Numbered from the stretch's first letter, positions 8,083 to 17,294 are shown. The stretch is 47,546 bases of DNA from Candidatus Micrarchaeota archaeon (GCA_013360305.1 JABWCK010000004.1:1-47546); one strand, 5' to 3'. The notes: generated from the sequence alone by a model not told the origin. Program-made: numbers and translations.

Positions 8083-10128
8083 TTACCATTTTGGTCGAGC
8101 GCTCTTGATGAAGCCCGGCTTTGGCTTGTACAATTCTCCCTGTCGGAGTAATTGGTCTATAGTCGTTTGAACGAATCCTTCATCCAAGCCAATTTCGACT
8201 CCCTTCTTTAAGACTTCTTCTAGCGGAACTAAATCGAATTGTTTCTCCAAGTCCTTGATTAAATTATTAACTTGTCTAATCTTGTCAATCTTGCTCTTTG
8301 ATTGTCCTAATAATACTACGTCAACGTCTAGTTTTCCAGTGTCTTTATCCATGAATACTTCCTTCAAAACGTAATCCTTCAACTTAATCGCAGTCTCAGC
8401 GTCTTCTAAACTAACCACGTTGCTTAATCTCAACTTAGCCGAAGCTTCAGCTAACCTAACTAATCCTTCCAAGTCACGAGGAGTAATAGGAAAAGTGTTA
8501 TCCTTTTCTCCTAAACGACGCAACTCGACGTAGTAGTCTTTAATTCTTTCAATAGCAGCGTCACTCAATAAGGGGAAAATGTTTCTTCGCGAGTAAGCAA
8601 TGTATTTGCGGACTATTTCTTCAGGAATTTCTGGAGCAACCGCTATAGTCAAGTCTGCAGGCGCTAGTTTTTCTCTCGAGTGCTTGTGGCCCATTAAAAT
8701 GTGTTCAGCCATTCCCCTATCTCGACTAGAGTCAAGAACGTCTTTCAATACGAAAATCAAGTCAAACCTGGAAAGCAAAGTAGGCATGATATCAAATTGC
8801 TGTGCTACTGGCGTATTCGGGTCAAAACGACCGAACTTTGGATTAGCTGCTGCTAAAACGCTAGTCTTAGTCTTGAATTTAGTAACGATTCCGGCTTTAG
8901 CGACTGAAACGCTTTGCTGCTCCATAGCCTCGTGAATTGAAGCACGGTCATTATCATCCATCTTGTCAAACTCGTCTATAGCAACCAACCCGCCAGATGC
9001 TAGAACCATTGCGCCTGCCTTCAACACCCAGCCCTCACCAGCCTTGTCTTTTTCGGCACTAGCGGTTAAACCAACACCTGAAGCTCCTCGCCCGGCAACG
9101 TAAATACACTTGGGTGCTAGTTCTTCAGTAAACTTCAAAATCCTAGACTTAGCGACACCAGGGTCTCCAATTAATAGCATGTGCATGTCGCTTCGAATTT
9201 TTTGGCCGTCGGGCAATATTTTTTCAGGCGTGCCGCCGAATAATTGCAAAGCGATTGCTTCCTTCAACATGTCGTAGCCGTAAATGCTGGGAGCAATGCT
9301 TTTAATGAATTGTTGTTTCAAATCCGGTTCTTTAGACAAGCGCAAGATTTCTTCTTCCTCTTCTGGACTGATTTTTATTTCCTCAAACTCTTTCTCGCTC
9401 TTTTTTATGTGCACGACATCCAAGACTTTAGAATAAACAGGACTCTTGCCTTTCCCGTATTCCTTGCGAGGCATTAACCTCAAAATACCAGTTAATACAA
9501 CGTTTTCTCCAGGCAAGACCACATTAGTCAAGTCATCCTCAAACCACAAGTCAACGTGAGCAGGAGTAGACGACCCAAGCACTCTTTCAATCAAGTCTTG
9601 CATTTGGCCATACTGCATGTTAACGAAGTCGCTTGACGATTCTAGTAATTTGAAGTCTTTTCTGCCACAACGACACAACTCGGGTTGGTTGACTACAGTC
9701 TTGTCAGGAATAGTCTTCATAGTAGTACCGCAGTGAATGCATTCCCACAAACTCACTTGCATTCTAGGCTTGATGTCAGTAACTAAGTTCACGACTCCCT
9801 GAACTTCAATTAACTTATTCAAGTGATCCGCACCCAAGTCTTTTACTAAGACGTCTGTTGAATTCTGCACTCCAAAAAACCTTACTTTAGCTTTCAAAGG
9901 TTTTCCATCAAACGTTTTTTGCTTGCTTAACGCTTCCTCGGCTGCTTTATTGAAAGAATCAGGCTTGTCTTCAACAGCTAAAGCTAGTTCGTGATTAAAC
10001 AATTCTAGTTCCTTCAAATCGACTTCCAAGCTAGAAATCTTTGAATTAGGAGCTTTCAACTCGCTTAAGGCAGACTGCATGCTGCTTGAATTAAAGAACT
10101 CGTCAAACTCTTGAACAAAATCGCTCAT
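8083..10128 (-). CDS. mcm: MCM replicative helicase
   Basis: CIHCG…CRCG zinc finger, GDPGVAKS Walker A, IDEFDKM Walker B, SRFD arginine finger; no intein. Confidence 0.98.
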   Translation of the reverse strand: MSDFVQEFDEFFNSSSMQSALSELKAPNSKISSLEVDLKELELFNHELALAVEDKPDSFNKAAEEALSKQKTFDGKPLKAKVRFFGVQNSTDVLVKDLGADHLNKLIEVQGVVNLVTDIKPRMQVSLWECIHCGTTMKTIPDKTVVNQPELCRCGRKDFKLLESSSDFVNMQYGQMQDLIERVLGSSTPAHVDLWFEDDLTNVVLPGENVVLTGILRLMPRKEYGKGKSPVYSKVLDVVHIKKSEKEFEEIKISPEEEEEILRLSKEPDLKQQFIKSIAPSIYGYDMLKEAIALQLFGGTPEKILPDGQKIRSDMHMLLIGDPGVAKSRILKFTEELAPKCIYVAGRGASGVGLTASAEKDKAGEGWVLKAGAMVLASGGLVAIDEFDKMDDNDRASIHEAMEQQSVSVAKAGIVTKFKTKTSVLAAANPKFGRFDPNTPVAQQFDIMPTLLSRFDLIFVLKDVLDSSRDRGMAEHILMGHKHSREKLAPADLTIAVAPEIPEEIVRKYIAYSRRNIFPLLSDAAIERIKDYYVELRRLGEKDNTFPITPRDLEGLVRLAEASAKLRLSNVVSLEDAETAIKLKDYVLKEVFMDKDTGKLDVDVVLLGQSKSKIDKIRQVNNLIKDLEKQFDLVPLEEVLKKGVEIGLDEGFVQTTIDQLLRQGELYKPKPGFIKSARPKW

Positions 10129-10180
10129 TTTTTACCACAAAAGAATTAACTATACTGGTCTGATGATTATTATATAGTTT

Positions 10181-10205
10181 TTCCGGAATACCGGAATAGA
10201 GGGGT
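10181..10205 (+). promoter_or_regulatory. ORB-like dyad plus G-string upstream of mcm
   Basis: TTCCGG-AATA-CCGGAA followed by TAGAGGGGT, next to an AT-rich/TATA stretch at 10165-10180. Confidence 0.35.
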
Positions 10206-10350
10206 GTTGTAGTGGAAGAATTAAAACAACTAAAAGCACTAGTCTGGTTAAACTTACTACTAACATCCATCTTACTATTTCTAGTAATAGGTTTTATAGC
10301 AAAAACACTGCGAATTTAAAAAAAAAATTAGAAGGAAAAATAGAAAGAAC

Positions 10351-10761
10351 TTAGTCTCCGCCTGAGATTTTAGTTAGCAAGCGTCGACCCATTACTTCCA
10401 TGTATTGGATTTCTTTTCCGACTTCCAACTCGGAACGCATGTCTTCAGGAATGTCGGTTTCGAATGTCTCAAAGCTTTCTAAATCCATTAATTGAGCAGT
10501 TTGACCAGAAATTGATACTACTTGACTCTTCTTGCGTACGAGAATTGGTATTTCGCAGTCTCCGTCACTAGACTTCATCAAGTTTCTCTTAGTTCCAGTA
10601 AATAAACCGACTGCTTGAACCATTACTTTAGCAGCGCCGTGTTTTCCTGGCTTGGCTTTATCTAAAGAAACGACTCTGCAAGGCTCGTCTTCAATAATAA
10701 CGTATTTACCTACTTTCAAGTCGCCCATTTGGCCAAAAATTTTTTCTCCTTCAAACGCCAT
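10351..10761 (-). CDS. eif5a: Translation factor aIF-5A
   Basis: KPGKHGAAK hypusine motif; start moved to MAFEG behind an AGGTGGT Shine-Dalgarno. Confidence 0.97.
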   Translation of the reverse strand: MAFEGEKIFGQMGDLKVGKYVIIEDEPCRVVSLDKAKPGKHGAAKVMVQAVGLFTGTKRNLMKSSDGDCEIPILVRKKSQVVSISGQTAQLMDLESFETFETDIPEDMRSELEVGKEIQYMEVMGRRLLTKISGGD

Positions 10762-10800
10762 ATAATACCACCTAACAAACGTAAAACTAAAGTCAATTAA

Positions 10801-10822
10801 AAGACTCAATTATTTGAGTCTT
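10801..10822. promoter_or_regulatory. 9-bp perfect inverted repeat in the divergent eif5a/tatD promoter region
   Basis: AAGACTCAA-TTAT-TTGAGTCTT. Confidence 0.45.
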
Positions 10823-10878
10823 AAAACAATAAAAAGCTTTTCAGAAACCAAAATTAAGCAAGAAAACGTGTTAAACTA

Positions 10879-11628
10879 ATGAATTTTATTGATTCTCACT
10901 GTCACTTGCAGAGGGAAGAATTTACAGAAGACTTGCCTAGCGTTATTGAAAGAATGAGAGACAACAAAGTCAAAGCGTTAGTCGACTCTGGCGGGTTATA
11001 CGATCACTCTACCGTATTAAAAATCTGCGAAGCTTACTCAGACAAATTGTTTCCAGTCTTGGGAATCGATCCGTTCACGGCAAGCCAGCCTACTTACAAT
11101 CAAGAAAAGGAATTCGATTGGCTTGAAGAAAACGCTCCAAAAGCAATAGCAATAGGCGAAATCGGTTTGGACAGACACTATTTCAAAGACGAATTAACTT
11201 GGAAAAAACAAGAAGAAACACTAGAAAAACAACTAGAATTAGCCGAAAAACTAGACAAATGCGTTTTCTTGCATACACGCGACGCTGAAGAGCGAGTCCT
11301 AGAAATATTATCGAGCTATAATTGTCGGCGTGTTCTTCATTGTTTTTTTGTTCCAAAACTCGTAGAAAAAGCAATAGACGCTGACTGCGTCATTTCAGTT
11401 CCTACGTTGAAAAGCAAAGACAAAAAGAAAACAATCGAATTAACACCAATCGACAAGTTATTGTGCGAGACTGATTCGCCGTTTCTTTCACCTTTTCAAG
11501 GCAGAAACGAGCCTTCTTTCGTGATTGAAGCGTTTAAGGAAGTTTCTGTCTTAAAGAAAGAGGATTTAAGCGTTGTTGCTGAAACTATTAATGCCAATAT
11601 AACGAGAGTATTGGGTGTAGAATTATGA
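10879..11628 (+). CDS. tatD: TatD family deoxyribonuclease/hydrolase
   Basis: DSHCHL, AIGEIGLD, LHTRDAE, LHCF, ETDSPFL, GRNEP. Confidence 0.95.
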   Translation: MNFIDSHCHLQREEFTEDLPSVIERMRDNKVKALVDSGGLYDHSTVLKICEAYSDKLFPVLGIDPFTASQPTYNQEKEFDWLEENAPKAIAIGEIGLDRHYFKDELTWKKQEETLEKQLELAEKLDKCVFLHTRDAEERVLEILSSYNCRRVLHCFFVPKLVEKAIDADCVISVPTLKSKDKKKTIELTPIDKLLCETDSPFLSPFQGRNEPSFVIEAFKEVSVLKKEDLSVVAETINANITRVLGVEL

Positions 11629-12077
11629 AAATGCTGGATAAATTCAAGCAAGTATTCAAAAAAGACCAAAAAAACATTGCTTGCTTCGTTGACGGGCCGA
11701 ATGTTTTACGCAAGGAGTTAGGCGTAGACTTAAGCAAAATCAAGAAAAAACTCGAAAAATACGGAAAAATCAAGGTTGCTCGAGTATACTTAGACCAATT
11801 CGCTAGCGACAAGCTAATCGAAGCCGTCACTAATCAAGGATTCAACATAGTCATAGTTCCTTCAGACGTTGACGTAGCAATGAGTGTTGACGTTACTCAA
11901 TTCGTCTTCACTGAAACCATCGACATTATTGCTATTGTTTCAAGAGACTCTGACTTCAAGCCTGCTTTAAACAAAGCCAAAGAATTCGGCAAAGACACTA
12001 TAGTCGTCGGAATGCAGCCAGACTTCTCGACTGCACTAAAGAATACAGCCGACGTCGTCATTGACTTGAAGGAATAA
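11625..12077 (+). CDS. NYN-domain (PIN-like) protein, archaeal TIGR00288-type
   Basis: FVDGPNVLRKE, DVDVAM, SRDSDFKP, LKNTAD. Confidence 0.9.
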   Translation: MKMLDKFKQVFKKDQKNIACFVDGPNVLRKELGVDLSKIKKKLEKYGKIKVARVYLDQFASDKLIEAVTNQGFNIVIVPSDVDVAMSVDVTQFVFTETIDIIAIVSRDSDFKPALNKAKEFGKDTIVVGMQPDFSTALKNTADVVIDLKE

Positions 12078-12121
12078 AAAAGGTTCAGGTTTTAAAGCTT
12101 GAAGCGAGTAATGATTACCAA

Positions 12122-12670
12122 ATGAATCTTCCCAGAGGAAAGCCGTTAAAGCAAGGAATTGACTTAGCAACAGTTAACTTCAAGTCTTTAGTCAAGGAAA
12201 TCAAGTCCAAAAACATTACTGGCTATCTAGCGATTGCTTTGAAAGGAAACGGCGGCATAGAGGAAGGAACGATTATTTTCGACAACGGCAAAATCGTTGG
12301 ATGCGCTTACGAGTACTACAAGCATGAAAAAACATTCATGGGAAAAGAAGCCTTCCCCCGAGTGCTAAACGCGATTGCAGCCAAACAAGGAGTAATTGAT
12401 GTTTACACTCTAGAACTAGAACAAGTACACTTGATTTTCGTTGTCAATGAGGGAATGATTTTCACTCCTGAAGAAAACGCGATCGAAAAAATCAAAGTCG
12501 AATCATTCTCGCCTTTATTCGAGGAAGAATTAAAAAACACGGCGCAGAAAAAAACTAAAGAAGACGTATTGTCTAAGTATAAAATGGGAGAAATAGGCGT
12601 TACCACCAAGAAGGAAGACGTCTTCGCTAAAATAAGTAAAAATATTGAAAAGGATGCAACTCAAAAATGA
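12122..12670 (+). CDS. DUF2226-like protein
   Basis: MNLPRG…TGYLAI…EEGTIIFDNGKIVG pattern; coupled to minD. Confidence 0.6.
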   Translation: MNLPRGKPLKQGIDLATVNFKSLVKEIKSKNITGYLAIALKGNGGIEEGTIIFDNGKIVGCAYEYYKHEKTFMGKEAFPRVLNAIAAKQGVIDVYTLELEQVHLIFVVNEGMIFTPEENAIEKIKVESFSPLFEEELKNTAQKKTKEDVLSKYKMGEIGVTTKKEDVFAKISKNIEKDATQK

Positions 12671-13458
12671 CTTCAATCGTTTTAGCCTCAGGTAAAGGAG
12701 GCGTTGGAAAAAGCACTATTACTCTAAACTTAGGACTAGTCCTAGCAATGGCTGGAAAAAAAGTCACAGTAGTAGACGCAGACATCGCCATGGCCAACTT
12801 GGGATTAATGCTCGGAATAGACCGAGCACCGATTACATTGCACAACGTGTTAAGCGGAGAAAACGACGTGTTGGACGCAGTATACGAAGGACCAAACAAT
12901 TTAAGATACGTTCCAGCCGGACTATCATTAGACAAAGTTGAAAACGTCGACCACGCTCGATTAAAAAACGCCGTTAAAACTCTAGACACTAAAAACGATT
13001 TCGTAATAGTTGATTCACCGCCCGGATTGGGTGACGATGCTTTAGCTGCTATCGAGTGCGCAAGTGAAATGATTTTAATAGTTACACAAGAACCTTCTTC
13101 TTTAGCAGACGTATTGAAAGTCAAGGGACTCGCTGAAAAAAGAGGAATCAAAATCAGAGGATTAATCATTAATCGCAGCTTGAACGACAAGTCAGAAGTA
13201 TCAGTTCAAGACATTGAAACAGCAATGAATTTACCAGTACTAGTAATCATTCCTGAAGACATTGAAGTCCGCAGAAGCGGAGCATTGCAAGTACCAGTCG
13301 TTGTTCGCGCTCACAATTCTCCATTCTCTAAGTCAATGGTTAAACTCGCAGCGTTATTGTTAGGACAAAAAATTGATTCCAACCCAACGCAAAAAAGACC
13401 AGGCTTGTTCGCGGGAATATCTGCATTCTTTGCTCGCTTATTCAGCAAGAAACAATAA
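12667..13458 (+). CDS. minD: Archaeal MinD-type ATPase
   Basis: SGKGGVGKS, DADIAMANL, DSPPG, IPED, C-terminal amphipathic helix (GLFAGISAFFARLF). Confidence 0.92.
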   Translation: MTSIVLASGKGGVGKSTITLNLGLVLAMAGKKVTVVDADIAMANLGLMLGIDRAPITLHNVLSGENDVLDAVYEGPNNLRYVPAGLSLDKVENVDHARLKNAVKTLDTKNDFVIVDSPPGLGDDALAAIECASEMILIVTQEPSSLADVLKVKGLAEKRGIKIRGLIINRSLNDKSEVSVQDIETAMNLPVLVIIPEDIEVRRSGALQVPVVVRAHNSPFSKSMVKLAALLLGQKIDSNPTQKRPGLFAGISAFFARLFSKKQ

Positions 13459-13518
13459 AGCTTATTATACTGAATGCAATTATTTCTTTTTGAATTTTTT
13501 TTGGGAGGATTGATTTTT

Positions 13519-13743
13519 TTGAGCGAAAAGAGACCATTCGATTTATTGAACGCGGCGTTAAACAACCCAGTATTAATCAAGCTTAAAGGAAGCGTTGAAA
13601 TCCGCGGTACTCTAAACAGCTTCGACGTTCACATGAACCTAGTTTTAGACAATGCTGAAGAACTAGAAAACGGAGACTTGAAGAGAAAGCTAGGATCAAT
13701 CTTCTTGAGAGGAGACACAGTCGTCTTCATCTCACCAGCTTAA
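13519..13743 (+). CDS. Sm-like archaeal protein (SmAP/LSm)
   Basis: RPFDLL…[14 protein letters not shown]…[14 protein letters not shown] start after GGAGG. Confidence 0.95.
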   Translation: MSEKRPFDLLNAALNNPVLIKLKGSVEIRGTLNSFDVHMNLVLDNAEELENGDLKRKLGSIFLRGDTVVFISPA

Positions 13744-13820
13744 TTCTTTCTTCCTATTCTAATTTTATAAGCTTAGTTAACTAAATCTTATTCTAAAAAA
13801 AAACAAGCGAGTTACTACAA

Positions 13821-14903
13821 ATGGGTATTAGTGAAAAGATTGCTGAAATAGAAGCAGAAATGGAAAAAACCCAGAAGCACAAGGGTACTGAACACCATTT
13901 GGGAATGCTTAAAGCCAAGCTAGCGAAGCTTCGCGAACAAGCCGAATCCGGAAGCGGACGCAAAGGACCAAGCAAGGGATTCGACGTAAAAAAATCAGGA
14001 AACGCGACTATAGTATTCATTGGATTGCCCTCAGTAGGAAAATCCACTATGTTAAACGCGTTAACTGGAGCGGGTTCTAAAACAGCGGCTTATGCTTTTA
14101 CTACTTTGACAGTAGTGCCAGGCATTTTACATTACAAAGGAGCGCAATTGCAATTGCTAGACTTGCCGGGAATCATTCGAGGAGCATCAAAAGGCGTTGG
14201 TAGAGGAAAAGAAGTTTTAGCAGTTGCTAGGAATTCAGACTTGATCTTGCTAGTAGTAGACGTGAAAGACCCTGGATACGTTAACAAATTGATTGACGAA
14301 TTGGGAGAAATAGGAATTCGAGTAGACCAAAAACCACCCAACATCGTAATCGAACGCACTGAATCGGGCGGAATAGAAGTAAATTATTCAGTCAAACCAA
14401 CTCACTTGAATGACAAGCTAGTAGCTTCAGTATTAGGCGAATACGGAATTTTCAGCGCGATAGTAAACATTCGCGAAGACGCTACGGTTGAGCGATTGAT
14501 CGACGCATTGCTTGGAAACAGGCGTTTTATTCCATCCTTGCGAGTATTAAACAAAATAGACTTAGCAAAAAAAGAAGACTTAAAAAAACTCGATAAAGAC
14601 TTCGTGAAAATCTCGGCAGAAAAAAACATAGGCATTGAAGAATTAAAACAAGCAATTTACGACAAGCTTGGATTGATTAGAATATTCACTCGCAGCAAGT
14701 TCGAAAAAGCAGACATGGATGCGCCGTTAATGATGCGCCGCAACGCGACAGTAGCAGACTTGTGCGATTTAGTACACCGAGAATTAAAGAAAGAATTCAA
14801 GTTCGCAGAAGTATGGGGCAAATCAGCAAAACACCCCGGCCAAAAAGTCGGCTTGCACCACAAGCTTCAAGACGGCGACGTCGTCTACATACACAAAAAA
14901 TAA
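13821..14903 (+). CDS. DRG-family OBG GTPase with TGS domain
   Basis: TQKHKGTEHHLGMLKAKLAKL, GLPSVGKS, YAFTT, DLPG, NKID, VWGKSAKHPGQKVG. Confidence 0.96.
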   Translation: MGISEKIAEIEAEMEKTQKHKGTEHHLGMLKAKLAKLREQAESGSGRKGPSKGFDVKKSGNATIVFIGLPSVGKSTMLNALTGAGSKTAAYAFTTLTVVPGILHYKGAQLQLLDLPGIIRGASKGVGRGKEVLAVARNSDLILLVVDVKDPGYVNKLIDELGEIGIRVDQKPPNIVIERTESGGIEVNYSVKPTHLNDKLVASVLGEYGIFSAIVNIREDATVERLIDALLGNRRFIPSLRVLNKIDLAKKEDLKKLDKDFVKISAEKNIGIEELKQAIYDKLGLIRIFTRSKFEKADMDAPLMMRRNATVADLCDLVHRELKKEFKFAEVWGKSAKHPGQKVGLHHKLQDGDVVYIHKK

Positions 14904-14905
14904 TT

Positions 14906-16053
14906 TTATTTGTTGGCGCGAATTTCTACCGCGTCGCGATTCTTCAAGACGTGATCTTTACCTATTTGCAGCCTAGTTTTCACGTCAACGGCTGCAATAA
15001 AATTAGTACCAAAATCAGTATGCAGCTTGAAAGCAAAATCCAACGCTGTAGTGCCAGGAGGCATTAAGAAACAATCAGGCAACACTCGACCCTGCGAGTC
15101 AGTTAAAGTCTTAGTACCAGCAGGGTAAATCGCTACGTAACCAAGCACGTTGAAGACTGCTTCTTCTAGAACGCTTTGAACACCAGTCGAACCCAACTTA
15201 TTCAAAACAGAGTCCTTAATGTAAGTTAATGCTTTAGATTGTTCTGGGCTTAATTCCTTTAATTCCTTAAAATCAGGATTTCCAGCATAATACTCGATTA
15301 AACCATTCTTTGCGGCTTTCTTTAAAGTCAATTCAGCAACAGCAGAACAAGCAATAATCTTCAAGCCAGGAAATTTTTCTCTTAATTTCTTTAAATTATT
15401 CTCAGCAGAAGGCAAATCAGCCTTGTTAGCAGCAACAACAATAGGCTTGCTTAAAGAACGTAAAAGCTTTGCAAAACTCAGCATTTCATCTTCAGTCCAC
15501 TCGCTTAATTTTTTTTCACCCAAACCAAGCTTGTCTAAACCAATAGAAATACTCTTAGCAGTAACACCAATACCACTCAAGTTTTGACTCATTGCTTCAA
15601 TCTTCTTGTTTTTAGACTCGAAAGGCATTCTTGCGAATTTAGACCAATTCTTCTTGACAACACCAAAATACCACAAGTCAACTTCCTTCTCTAAAAACTC
15701 GACATCTAAACAAGGATCGTGACTTCCAGCAGAAACCATTTCCCCCTTCTCATTAGTACTTCCACTCGCATCAACTACGTGCACGAGCACATCAGCCTGC
15801 CGCAAGTCATCCAAGAATTGGTTACCCATTCCCACGCCTTCACGTGGTTAACGCAAAAACCAGTGCGAGGATTGCATTGAGTCTTGAAATCCAAACACGA
15901 ACACGGCTTTACTCGAACAAAACCAACACCCTTGTTAGGCTCAATAGTAGTAAACGGATAACTAGCTATAGCTACATCTACCAACGTAGCAGCAGAAAAC
16001 AAAGTACTCTTTCCAGCCGAAGGCTTACCAACAAATCCAATTTGCAAAACCAA
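14906..16053 (-). pseudogene. ychF: Archaeal YchF-like OBG ATPase/GTPase, disrupted by an internal deletion and frameshift near 15840
   Basis: N-part GKPSAGKST…YPFTTIEPN…CVNHV joins out of frame to EGVGMGNQFLDDLRQAD…NKAD…TGS; the DxxG (G3) segment is absent. Confidence 0.85.
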
Positions 16054-16062
16054 AACACCCTG

Positions 16063-16374
16063 CTATTCATAACGCCTTAAAACTAAACCCGTAGCGCCAA
16101 AACCGCCAACTAAAATTCCTGTTTCTCCCTTACTCGAGGAAGCATGATTTTCAAAAGGCAAGTGGTTCTTAAAGTGAGCAATCAACGCAGTCAATTCTGA
16201 ACTCTTTAAAGTCCTAGAAAAAGGAATACTAATTCCTTCAACACCAATACCATCCTTCAAAGAAATAGGTTTTTTCAACAACGAATGCAAACCAGGATTT
16301 AACTCCAGTAAAGAAGTTAAAGCATGACTAGCAAAACGAGGCAAAACTTTTTCAACAACTCTAGTTTTTGGCAT
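16063..16374 (-). CDS. Hypothetical protein (orphan)
   Basis: 103-aa ATG ORF, basic, no motif. Confidence 0.55.
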   Translation of the reverse strand: MPKTRVVEKVLPRFASHALTSLLELNPGLHSLLKKPISLKDGIGVEGISIPFSRTLKSSELTALIAHFKNHLPFENHASSSKGETGILVGGFGATGLVLRRYE

Positions 16375-16403
16375 ACGAATAAATTCAAAACGCTTAAAAT
16401 GAA

Positions 16404-16416
16404 CCCGCGGAGAATT
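16404..16416 (-). repeat. 13-bp direct repeat of the tRNA-Val T-arm/acceptor 3' part
   Basis: CCCGCGGAGAATT at 16404-16416 equals 16475-16487. Confidence 0.7.
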
Positions 16417-16421
16417 ACAAC

Positions 16422-16453
16422 CAAACTTTTTTACTAAAAAGTTTGATCAAAAA
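16422..16453. repeat. AT-rich palindromic repeat copy
   Basis: CAAACTTTTT-TACT-AAAAAGTTTG-ATCAAAAA. Confidence 0.85.
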
Positions 16454-16470
16454 CCCAACAAGTGGGCAAG

Positions 16471-16543
16471 TGGGCCCGCGGAGAATTGAACTCCGGATTT
16501 CTTCGGTGTAAACGAAGCGTCTTAACCACTCGACTACGAGCCC
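16471..16543 (-). tRNA. tRNA-Val(TAC)
   Basis: Cloverleaf GGGCTCG…CGGGCCC-A; anticodon arm CTTCG-TT TAC AC-CGAAG; T loop TTCAATT; CCA not encoded. Confidence 0.95.
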
Positions 16544-16569
16544 AAACTTTTAAGAAAAGTTTGATCAAA
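16543..16569. repeat. AT-rich palindromic repeat at the 5' end of tRNA-Val
   Basis: CAAACTTTT-AAG-AAAAGTTTG-ATCAAA; the first C is the complement of tRNA G1. Confidence 0.85.
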
Positions 16570-16644
16570 TTTTTCAGAAAAAAAAAACTAAAATTTAAGC
16601 AAACAAAAAAAAACGCAGTAATTATAGTGATGAAAAGGGTTTTT

Positions 16645-17085
16645 CTACCTTATTCTTGCCTTGATTTTACTAGCTAAACTAGTTAATTCAACAAGAGAAG
16701 GCTCTCTGCGAAGAGAACCCTCATGCTTCAACGCCTTGTCATAAAGATCGTCGCCCATTCTACGCGGAACTAAATGCAAATGCAAGTGTCTCAAAACAAG
16801 AGTGCTTTCAGGCAAGAACGGGCGAAAATGCTGACGCAAGTCAACACCCTCACAACCAACGCCATCCATTAACGCCTTCTCTAATTTACCAATTACTTTA
16901 ACCAAGTCAAAAGCAGACTCGTGATCCAAGTCAATAAAACTCTCAAAATGCTTTTTAGGAACAACCAACAAGTGACCATCCACTAACGGGTACTTGTCCA
17001 TGAAAGCAATTACTGACTCGTCTTCAAAAACAATAGCTGCATCTAGCTTATGCTGACTAATAGAACAAAAACGACATGCCTCCAT
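16645..17085 (-). CDS. HIT family hydrolase
   Basis: CRFC, GHLLVVPKKH, HLHLHLVPR. Confidence 0.93.
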   Translation of the reverse strand: MEACRFCSISQHKLDAAIVFEDESVIAFMDKYPLVDGHLLVVPKKHFESFIDLDHESAFDLVKVIGKLEKALMDGVGCEGVDLRQHFRPFLPESTLVLRHLHLHLVPRRMGDDLYDKALKHEGSLRREPSLVELTSLASKIKARIR

Positions 17086-17161
17086 GAAAAAAATTTGAGA
17101 AACAGAGTTAAAAAAACTTTTTAATGCAACTTTTTGGTAAAGCTTTGTTGGGTTGAAAGCC

Positions 17162-17192
17162 TTTTTGATGCAACTTTTCCTAAAAGTTGCAT
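17162..17192. repeat. Variant palindromic repeat in opposite orientation, abutting the tRNA-Ala 3' end
   Basis: TTTTTG-ATGCAACTTTT-CCT-AAAAGTTGCAT (11-bp perfect inverted repeat); partial direct copy at 17118-17134. Confidence 0.75.
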
Positions 17193-17263
17193 GGACTCGA
17201 CGGGACTTGAACCCGCAGCCTCCTCCATGCCATGGAGGCGGTCTGCCATTGACCTACGAGCCC
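17192..17263 (-). tRNA. tRNA-Ala(GGC)
   Basis: GGGCTCG/CGAGTCC acceptor with G3:U70; anticodon arm CCTCC-AT GGC AT-GGAGG. Confidence 0.95.
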
Positions 17264-17294
17264 AAATTTTCTTTAAAAAGAAAATTTGATTAAA
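17263..17294. repeat. AT-rich palindromic repeat at the 5' end of tRNA-Ala
   Basis: CAAATTTTCTTT-AA-AAAGAAAATTTG-ATTAAA; the first C is the complement of tRNA G1. Confidence 0.8.

Noticed and set aside
8083..10128. Inteins or introns in MCM, SMC, synthetases or tRNAs
   Set aside because: Lengths and motif spacing are canonical, and the tRNAs are 72-73 nt without bulge-helix-bulge inserts
15775..15860. Programmed ribosomal frameshift in ychF
   Set aside because: No slippery heptamer at the junction, and about 18 conserved codons are physically missing
16462..16677. 71-aa plus-strand ORF
   Set aside because: Antisense to tRNA-Val and its flanking repeat
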